Shown here: piece by piece, positions 53,802 to 64,000 of the stretch
How positions within the stretch are numbered: position 1 is the stretch's first letter
How the letters are laid out: each line of letters opens with the position of its first letter
From: Eledone cirrhosa
Taxonomy: Eukaryota
Assembly (NCBI GenBank): GCA_964016885.1
Contig: OZ024742.1
Location: forward strand, 265,422,001 to 265,486,000
DNA length: 64,000 bases
Reading direction: 5' to 3'
Translations under genes and position numbers: made by a program
Notes under the pieces: generated by a model
Seen by the model: only the letters and a program-made list of their open reading frames with translations
The model's database searches: none
Told to the model about the DNA's origin: nothing

Positions 53802-54165
53802 AACACTACAAAAATCCCGCCAGTGTTAATTTGCCTTTCATTCTTCAAAGGTCGATAAAGTAAAGTACTATTCAAGCAATAGTCGAAATCTGTGGTCGTA
53901 TACTGATGTTACAAATTACTATTATTATCATTCGAACACAAAGTTGCGTTTCAAGTTCGTATTTCTTTCTCAATTAAAAAAACAAAAAACAATCAGCGTC
54001 TTGTTTAAAAAACCGAAATCAAAACAAAAATGATAATAATCATCTCCCTCTCTTTCCACGCACAAATAAACTGATTGACAAGACTCACTCTTTAGCCTTA
54101 ATAATATTGCTTAAAACTCTACGCCGGTATTGAGTACTCCTTTCTCTCAGACCTCAACCACATTC

Positions 54166-54250
<85 letters not shown>

Positions 54251-55719
54251 TGTGCGCGCGAGCATGTGTGTGTGTGTATGCGCGCGCGTACACACACATA
54301 CATTGAAAGCACCAATTTGACATAGGAAAATAAAATTGCTATTGGCACACATACTTGTTTCATATATATATATGTACGTATGTGTGTGTGTGAGTGTATA
54401 ACAAAAGATAACTGCATGTGACAGAGAAAGTAGGGGCGTTTTTCTTTTCGTATTTTTTTTATTTCACTTTAGTTTATCAATTCTATGTCAAAGTGTTCTA
54501 GCAGTACTTGTTCGAAAGAGTACAGCTAACACGGTCAGCCATTGTTCTCGCGTTAACGTATTCAATTTCTACATTAATTCTGGCTGTTTTTCTTTTCTCT
54601 TCTCTCCCTTTTGTTTTCGGTGTTCTTTATTTACAGTGGCAGATTTTGACACAAGTAGTACATTAGCAACCACTACTGCAAGACTAACCATTTTCCTCCT
54701 CAAACGCGATAGACAAAGAGAGCTTTAACTCGGTTGCTTGATCTACAAGAAATAGCAAGCAAACCCACTTGAAATAACACGTTAATGTGCTCGTTATAGA
54801 TTTCGTAATTTTTATTGTTAATATTGATATTTTTCGATTATCAATAACCAAGCTTTGGATTATCATCATCATCATCAATTACAATAATAATAATAATTCT
54901 TATTATTTGATGTTTATTCTCTTAGTTGTTTAATGAATGTTTCATTATCTCTGGTTAATTGTTAGTGTATTACATCAAGTTTTTTTTAACTGATGTACAC
55001 ATCAGCACTTTCCATTTAATACATGTATCTTAATAATCAACAAGTGCATAGTTTGCCGGAAAGGGGGGAAGGGCACCCTGGAAAACTTTCAATTTGAAGA
55101 AAGATTATAATTATTACCGGGATTGTTTTGTTTTTCAACTTCTCACAACCTGTTCAACATTTCTATGACATCGTTTGTACTTTTACCTCAGTTTAGTCCT
55201 TGGCTTGTGCAACTTTCGAGTCAGTTGGTTGATTGGCAGACTCGTTAGAGTATTGCACTAAATGCATTGTTGTTTTTTTTATTTCTGGCATTTTGTGTTC
55301 TAAGTTTAAATACTACCGAGCATACTTTCATTCTTGATAGATCCTTGGCATACAACCTCTGAGCTGTTACATATTTTTCTGAATAAAATCATTTCGTCTT
55401 TTTCTCAATATAATCGTTACTATTATAAGCTTGCCGAGTTTGCTGACGATGTAGCACTGCAGATAAAATGATGGCTTATATTACTTAGTAAATGCTTTAG
55501 GTTCTGAATCCACATCCCACAGAGTTCAAGTTTGCCTGTTTTTCTACTGATTTCGATAAAATAAAGTACAGGTCATGCGCTGAGTCGATTCAATCGACTA
55601 TGCCATTTCTTAAAATGTTGGCCCTTATCTTATGTTGAAAAACATTATAATGACGGTGAATGGTTTAAACGCCAATGTGACGGATTAAATAAGTTGCAAT
55701 ATTCAGGTTTTACCCCCTT

Positions 55720-55970
55720 ATCTCTATATATACACAATTCTTTGTCTCTCTGTCTGTCTTTTCCTTATGCATTCTCAAACGGCTCGACCAAATCAAATCA
55801 AATTTTACAAGATAATAGTATCAAACCCCGAGATTAACAACATGTAATTTTTATTTTCATTTGCATTAAAACAATATAACATTTTATCTAAAATAATCTT
55901 TCTATAGTCAACTATAAGTAAACGACATTTTATAACACGACCACGACGAGGTCAGAGTTTGTATATGAGT
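55720..55970 (+). mobile_element. Possible short non-autonomous Helitron-like element
   Basis: Start atctctatatatac..tctctctgtctgtc..aaacggctcgaccaaatc..aaatttt resembles the element at 3300. Confidence 0.4.
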
Positions 55971-55981
55971 GTGTATGCGTC

Positions 55982-56018
<37 letters not shown>

Positions 56019-56559
56019 GCGTTCGTTACGTACGTTAGGCTTTAGTAAGTTGCATAAACATTATCTTCACGTAAATATTTAATCCGATACACAGAGAATT
56101 AAACACACACACATCTACACATACATATAAATATGTAATGACAGACAAGTATATGTATGTGAGAGAATATGTGTATGTGAGTATACATATATTTCTGTGA
56201 CGACTGACATAACGAACACACATACACACACACATCTAAAGAAAGAGAGACACAGATGGACAGGCAGAGAGAGAGAGAGAAAGAGATAGGCCGTTATACA
56301 AAGAGAGATACAATTAAAGTGTTAGATATTCAAAGAGATAGAGGGGGAGGAGAGAGAAAAAGCGAGCGAGAGAGAAACGTCCCACAAAAGTCTAGAATCG
56401 GCTTAAACTATAGATCAAAGTATCAGTTGAATGTTTAACAATATTGCGTTAGCTTTTATAAAGTCGTTTTACACCAGTCTTTGATTTTACAGAACACAGA
56501 AAAAATTGATACTATTTGAAATTAATCTACGGTGTATATTAATTTAGCTTTTGGGGCAT

Positions 56560-57111
56560 AGTGTCATGTTATTATTGACCTAATTAATTCAAAATATGAG
56601 ACGGGAAACAAAAAGGTTAAGACAACAAGGAAGACGATCTCAATTTCTGAAAGTGAACAGAAAGATTAAGTCAAGAAGAAAGACTATCGCAACAAACATA
56701 GGTTCAATATGAAAATCACCAAGTGGCAATGACAGTTGCGATGCAAACTCGACGAGCACAAACGACTCTTCAAGGCAGAATACACTGGCTAAGAGCTGCG
56801 TTTTCATATAATCCAACGAAGAATTATAGAAATGATTCTAAAGTTGCGATTGGTAGCATGGATATTATACTTAGCATGTGTTGCTTAGGAGGAAAGGTCA
56901 GACTTCCACTCCAGCTTTTATCCATATACTGCTTACAGACCACACTAACGAAATGAAACACTTCAGAAGCAATGTTATGCGGTATATTGCTGCGTCCTTT
57001 GGAGCTGAAAAAGATCATACTGACTATGGTTATTTCACAACATTTAAAATTCAAGGCCAATGCTACCATTTAATCGGCAAGTTACTCCCCCCAGCCTAAG
57101 TTTCATGGCTG

Positions 57112-57156
<45 letters not shown>

Positions 57157-57270
57157 TTACTGTCTCACCTCATACTGTAAGCCAGACAACACATCCAATA
57201 CAGTCGTTTTCTCTTTTATCCGTCTTCTCTTAACTGTTCTCCCGAGCAAAGCTGGGTACCTCAGCTTGTT
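56560..57270 (+). mobile_element. Helitron deletion derivative with RepHel N-terminal remnants
   Basis: AAFSYNP..IGSMD..MCCLGGKVRLP and HFRSNVMRY..SFGA..TFKIQGQCYHLIG.LLP; 3' hairpin cccgagcaaagctggg followed by a ctag-like end. Confidence 0.85.
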
Positions 57271-58054
57271 TTCTAATAAATTTACTAAAGTCCATTTCGT
57301 AAATTTATTAAAAGGTTGGTTAAAATTGTGAGCATTGTGCGAGTTAATAAGCCTGTAATCCAAGGAATGACAACTGAGAAAGGGCACTTGTTCTTGGCAG
57401 TCAGGATAATTCAGGATCCATGGAATTTTTTCCTTCACTTTATGTTACTTTCTTGCTCTAGAAACATTATATAATTTTGTTTACTGGGTATACTTACTAT
57501 GTCATTTTCTCTTTCGCACTCATTAGATTTCTACGTAAGCCCCTATATATTTTGTAACACATTCTTGCAATATCCCACCATCCACCATTCTTGTAGCAAA
57601 CAAAATATATATCATTATCATTATTTTGGTGGATTGTCAGAATCATTAGAGAGTCAGAGAAAATGCTTTGCGATATTTAGTTAACTATTTTCTACGTTCT
57701 GAATTCAAATTTGCCAAGGTCAACTGTGCCTTTTATCCTTACGCTGTCGAGAAAAAGTACCAGTTAAGTACTGGATTCGACATAATCGGCATTCCCCCTC
57801 CCTTAAAATTGCTGGCCTTGTGCCAAAAGTAGAAACAAATACTATTACTGTTGCTGCTGTAGTTGTTCTATATTTTTGTTATTTATTATTATTTCTTCAT
57901 TATTGATAGTGCTTATTTTCCCATCATTTCATTGATGTTAATATCATTGCTTTCGATAATTTTTGTTCTTTGATCTCATAAGCAATAAAGTACCGGTCAA
58001 ATACTGAGATCGATTTAATCAACTTACCCCACTCTTAAAATTATGTTCTTGAAT

Positions 58055-58240
58055 TAGTGGATTGGCAGTATCGGTAGAGGTTCGGACGCAATGCTTTGAT
58101 ACATAGAGTTACGGCCCTTTCCAGTCTGAGTTCAAATCCCGCTGAGGTTAACTTTGCCTTTCATCCTTACGAAGTCGATAAAATAAAGTACCAGTAACGT
58201 ACTGGGTATTTGCTGGCCTTGTGCCAAAAGTAGGAACAAT
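58055..58240 (+). mobile_element. tRNA-derived SINE; an older copy lies at ~57630-57838
   Basis: Same head and core as the copies at 2846 and 17045. Confidence 0.85.
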
Positions 58241-58407
58241 TGTTAATAATAATACCATTATTATTGGTGATGTTCTTCTCTGCTGCTCTTCCTTACGTTG
58301 TTGCTATAGACATTGCTGTGGTAATCCCACTGTTGTCAAGGGTTTATCTTCAATATCTAGTACAGAAGGGGGAAATAGAGGGAAAGAGAAAGAGAGAAAA
58401 AGCAGCA

Positions 58408-58459
<52 letters not shown>

Positions 58460-60138
58460 CATATATATATACATATATATCAAGATACAATGCAAATGTC
58501 AAACAATCAAACGAAATAAAAAAAAAGTCAAAAAATGTTCAGCTATAGACTGTTTTTAGATGTTTAGTATATTTTTGTATGTGTATTACTTGTTTGATAT
58601 TTGTCTATATCACGCCATGGACATTCCTGAATGCGTTGTAGTAGTAGTAGTTGCTGTTGTTATTGGTACTGACCTCTATAGTGATTATGATGATTACGGT
58701 AATGTTGATGTTGATAATAACGAATACGCTGATGTAATTTTGTTACATTTGCTGTTGATGAAACAGGTAAAAGAGTAAAAGTGTATGACGACGATGGTGA
58801 TTACGATGGAGATGAGGATGATGATGATGTTATGGTACTTGCTGTTGTTGATGTCGATCTCCTTGTCAACACTGATTGAGTAGATCTATGATGAACGATG
58901 TTTCAGCCGTAACCATCCTGTAATTTTCCTGTGTGCAGAGGACGTGTACATTTACAATATGGTAAGCTGTGATTTAGTTGATATTTCACAGATATTTCTT
59001 CGTATGACAGATCCGGTTGGAGTCAATAGAATCAAATTTTACATCTTTACGAAGTACTGGCTTTGTGTCGGCAATTTAGAAACCATTATTCTGGCCTAGT
59101 TCCACTATTAGAAATTATTATTGTTGTTATGGTGGTAAGTAGTTTTCCGCTGCACAGTGGCTACGATAAAGGAAGTTGTGGTGGGCACGATTGGAAGGCT
59201 TGGAGATAGGGATAACAAACCATTAATAACTTCTTTGTGTATCACTTGAAGATAAAAGTGAAAGTGGAAAGGAAGGTTCTGCCGTCTAGAAAAGTACATG
59301 AAAGCGACGAGATTGACGAGGCTGAATGGGCCTTCTCTGATTATCCTTTTCTAAACAAGAGGAAAAGAAACTGGGGAAAGGCATTTTCTATACGGTTGGT
59401 GATACAGAATAACTCGCGACTTTGTGTGAGATTTATGCCCCATATTTCTTTCTCTCTGTCGGCTTTCCCTTATTGGATGATATTTTTTTGTTGGAAATTG
59501 ATTTCTCTATTTCTCTATTTCGTTGATTTCAACCCTTGTAATTCGTCTTTATATCGTACCCAACATCTTGTAGTCAATAAAAGATATTCGTATTATTGTT
59601 ATGAATATTGAACTGGTGTCGCTAGTGATGACTAATGATATTATTGCTATAGTTATCGCTGATGCATTATTCTGCATCCGTTGTAGATAATAATGACGAT
59701 ATTGATGATGATGGTAATGATAATGATCGTGAGGATCATGAGGATAATTATGATGATGATGATGAGAAAGAGATGGTGTCATATGGTCGTGGAGAAGAAG
59801 ACGATAATTAAATTGTTATTTTCGATGCTGTTCATGTTGCTGAACATTTGCTATAGTTATTGTTTTACTGTTGATGCTGTTGACGGTGTTTTACTTATGC
59901 TGCTAGTGTCATGGTTGCATTAACAGTGGATATTGATAAATTGTTGAGGATGTTGCTAATGTGTTAGTTGCTATTTTCAGACATGCTGATCCAATTGTCA
60001 TGTTTTCTCGATCTATTTAATGTAAAATTACCTCCAAGTATCTCATTTGTCGCGAATATTCTGTTCTCATTTCTTGGCTTGCCATTTCATAGTTGCTATA
60101 GCTATTGTTGTTGTTGTTATTAATGCTGTTTGCTGTTG

Positions 60139-60170
<32 letters not shown>

Positions 60171-60949
60171 AAAAAATACCTGGTGCTAATGTCGTTATTC
60201 ATATTTAATACATCTTATGATAATTGGATTGGTTTCTTTGTAGCTACTAGTGTTATTGGTGATAATGTATTTTCTGTCGTTGTTCCGAAGAATCGTGGTG
60301 GAGTGGAGATTAGTAATTAAGAAAGTTAATATGTACGACGATAATACCTCAAAATTGTCTTTGCTTCATTATTTGTATGTGTTCTGAAACCGATGTTACG
60401 TAAAATTCAAGGCCCCACATATTAGTGAGAGACTGTAGTCGATTATATTCACTACACTGTACGTATGTTACTGTATTTTATCAACTTGAAAGGCGGAAAT
60501 GCAAATAAATTCTGGTGTGATTTTTTAAGACCAAGGGACGTATGTAAATTCCACAAAAAATTATGTGTAGTTCTGCTTATCTACATCTCAACTGACATCC
60601 AACATTCAAAGATTAATTTAAAGATGTCAATTCTAATTTCCTTTCTTTCTTTCCTTTTCCCCACTTATCCCCATCAATATACACTTCTCTTTATTTTGCC
60701 AAAATTTTCTTATTTTCTTTTCCTTAAATATTTTTTCGTTGTTCTTTTTGTCACGGTTTGATTTTTTTTGATTTTTTTCGGGTTTATTGATTTCATTGTT
60801 GCTTATATTCAGCAAGAGTGTATGTATATGCTTCGGTGTTGTTGTTCGTTCTGTTGTGGGGAGTCGTTTTATATACATTCATGCATACACACTTACACAC
60901 GCTGACACAAACATACATGCATACGTACGTATATACATACATACATGCA

Positions 60950-60997
<48 letters not shown>

Positions 60998-61137
60998 GAA
61001 TTTCTGTTTATATATGTTTATTTTGTAGATTTTCTACGTTATGTGTATATACATATCATTGTTATTCTTAATGGGCAATAGAGAAATCATTATTATTATT
61101 ATTGTTGTTGTTGTTGTTATTGTTTTTGTTGTTGTTG

Positions 61138-61655
61138 CTATTGTAGATTCCGCCTGAATACTGCTCGGCATCTTCTCTTCCTGTAGGCCTTTCGTGATTT
61201 GCAGGATTTCTTCACGCGTTGCATGTATTCTTGACGTATTTTGCAGCACTTCTCAAAGTGGCTGGTGAATCTGGCTGCACATCGACCGATCTTGGGGAAG
61301 AGTTTACCTAAGTATTGTCTCTTGCGATAATCACTGCTTCTGTAGGATGAATTGCTGTCACTGTTCGATAAGTGCACATTCATGCTGCACTGTAACTTTC
61401 GTCGTGCAACCTTCTTTCCTACACGGCAACATTTCTGCGAATCAGCGATGAAAACTTTGCGACTCAATGCATTATTAATGTTTCGCTTCTTACCCGGTGG
61501 TTTCGGTTTCAAATGCCGGCGCCCTTCGCCACGTTTTAATGTTCCCTCACCACCACCACCACCACCTCCTCCACCATGCTGTGAGTTATTCAACGTTTTG
61601 GAACGAGTTCTGTTGTGGTAGTCATCTCTTGCAGATGTGGGGACGTAACTGTGTA
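61138..61655 (-). CDS. Probable terminal coding exon of a host gene: basic, Cys-rich protein with an anaphylatoxin-like Cys pattern
   Basis: Non-repetitive, higher-GC open frame of 172 codons. It follows a strong acceptor (tttctattttctctcactcttccAG, phase 1) and ends in TAG, with AATAAA downstream at ~61017-61022 (minus). It has 8 Cys, dibasic sites and a poly-Gly run. No upstream exon was identified. Confidence 0.7.
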
Positions 61656-62304
61656 CTGGAAGAGTGAGAGAAAATAGAAAAAGATAATAAAGATCAATTA
61701 ATAAATAATTAAATACATATATAACAAAAGAAAGAAAATATAACAAGGAATGAAAGAAAATATAATGGAGAGAGAAAGAAAGAGGAATGAAATATAATTT
61801 AATTGAAAGTGAAGGAAAACATTTTTTTTATGAGTAATGAAACAATTTGTCAGAGAAAGCTGAATGAAATATAGTTTAATCCTTTTGTTTACAGTTTGAA
61901 ATAGAAATGTTCAAAAACAAAGATATATGGTCCAATTCATTGCGTATGCTCGAAGCTCCCCTTCTTTGAATGTTAATGCCACCCCACTCTGCACCTACCC
62001 TGGCTTCTCCTTTTTTAGTAATCCTCTAATTTGTTGCTTTATTTTCGTAACTTTTTTAACAGCGAATATGACAACAGCACTAAATCTTAAGTTACATTAC
62101 AACTGATTCATTGCAAATGCGCGAATTGCGATATAATCCCACTCCTCAACAAATTATTTCAAGCTTCTTGCTCCTTTTCCGTAGCTTCTTCATTTTCGAC
62201 TTTTCCGACAAATATTTTCAAAATCTAAAAAAATGTATATATATATAAAGAGTCAGGACCCCGACGACTGAGCTCCGGTCGTTTCGACAGCTAGATTCGA
62301 AAGC

Positions 62305-62660
<356 letters not shown>

Positions 62661-63218
62661 ATATATATATATATATATACATACATACACACACATTCAC
62701 ACATACATATATTTATATATACATACACACACGCGCGCGCGCAATATGTTTAATTCACTTTGGATGCATGACACAACCCTCGTCCGGGTTATGCCTTTAC
62801 TCCCTTCCCAGTTATTTTACCACTTTCGATATTTAGAGGGAATTTTTCTTCCAAAATTGTGTCAAATAGCGGATACGACCCAAAATAATTTTTCAAAGTT
62901 TCAAATTTTTCTTTTTTTGTTCTGTGCCTTCTGACAACTTTTTTTCATTTTCCTGAATAAGCATTTTTCAATGAAATGTTCTATTGCAGACTGTAAAATT
63001 CGAGAAATGCAACATTTGATACAATGTATGTATTAAATAAGGGCATACACTTGTTCGCATTCAACTTCATACACAATCTTCTTACGTAACCATTTCAATT
63101 TTCCAAGTATATTTTCGCTCACTAACCCACTGATCTAATCTAGAAGGTGTAAGAAATGACCACTATAGAACCGAGGAGCTGTCACTCATGCATTGCCTTT
63201 TAATACTTTATATATATA

Positions 63219-63269
<51 letters not shown>

Positions 63270-63270
<1 letters not shown>

Positions 63271-63760
63271 GAACCTCGCGAACCACGTATGGTCCCTCAA
63301 AGACGCAGGCGCAGACTATTCCATTCAATGGGAAGCTATCACTAGCTCCAAGCCATACGCAAGGGGTAATCCGTCTGGTCGACTGTGTATTGAAGAAGGG
63401 ATAAATATTCTAAGGAGATTACGCAATAGCGATTGCCTAAATTCAAGAAATGAACTTTTCTTACGTTTTCCACACGTCTGGAAAAACCTCTTGCATTACT
63501 ACAAAGCTCCTGATTGAATAACATCAACATTCTAATATACTAATCAACTCGAACAATTTACTTCGAATATTCGCAGTTATCTCCATTACACCTTTCGACC
63601 GTGGATATTTATCGCTTGGGCGAAATGACCGTTTCTGCGCATGCGCGTTCATGTGGTTGTTTCTCCTTTTCCTGTTCCGTATGATCATTATCAGTCCGAG
63701 CTGAAGATCCGCATAAGGTAAAACAATTGTTCTCGGTATGGTGAACTAACTGTTGTGTTA
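63270..63760 (+). mobile_element. Penelope-like element 3' fragment (GIY-YIG C-terminus + HHR) next to (TA)n
   Basis: TNLANHVWSLKD..YSIQWE..LCIEE..LNSRNELF. Confidence 0.85.
63696..63736 (+). ncRNA. Hammerhead ribozyme motif with a G12A substitution (probably inactive)
   Basis: ccgag-CTGAAGA-tcc-gcataa-ggt-AAAA-caattg-TT-ctcgg; perfect 5-bp stem I. Confidence 0.72.
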
Positions 63761-64000
63761 CTACTACGACGGCTATTTCTGATCCAGAAATAGCCGTCCA
63801 AACGGCTTGAGCTCTGCCGTCGGGGTCAAATATTTTCCTATTACCCACCCTACTACCCTAAGTATTGAGTACTCTGGTGTGTTATGGTCCATCTGGTTCC
63901 TTAGCACTCTTCCTTCGTTATATATATATATATATATAGTATTATATTATACTAGCAGAAAACCGCCCTGAAGTCGGTTTTCTGCTAGCATATGTAGTGT

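Noticed and set aside
60105-60320. Poly-Ala/poly-Leu ORFs
   Set aside because: (GCT)n/(GTT)n low-complexity sequence with no splice or homology support.
61656-61746. Hydrophobic N-terminus of the 202-aa ORF as a signal peptide
   Set aside because: It starts at TTG and is the translated T-rich polypyrimidine tract upstream of the splice acceptor.

Overview
AT-rich, intron/intergenic-like eukaryotic DNA dominated by microsatellites ((TA)n, (CA)n, (TATG)n, (TTA)n) and transposon debris. The tRNA-derived SINE families and repeat landscape suggest a cephalopod (octopus-like) genome; this is inference, not a database result. The only long ORF (66..2555) is ORF2 of a young, GC-rich L1/Tx1-clade LINE. 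Other recognisable elements are R4/Dong-like and RTE-like LINE relics, many Penelope-like element (PLE) fragments, a hAT (Buster/Charlie-like) element with a perfect 8-bp TSD, Helitron derivatives, SINEs and a 46-bp minisatellite. One probable host coding exon (61138..61655, minus strand) encodes a very basic Cys-rich peptide with an anaphylatoxin-like CCxxG-x9-C...C...FxxCC pattern. The most striking unannotated signal is a dozen or more hammerhead-ribozyme (HHR) motifs from several unrelated PLE families. Many sit in short fold-back (palindromic) or tandem mini-elements beside (TA)n tracts. They include a recurrent non-canonical CCGANGA core, versions with 50-110 nt stem/loop II, and a stem III showing compensatory base change. 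All structures were read by eye, and element boundaries are approximate.
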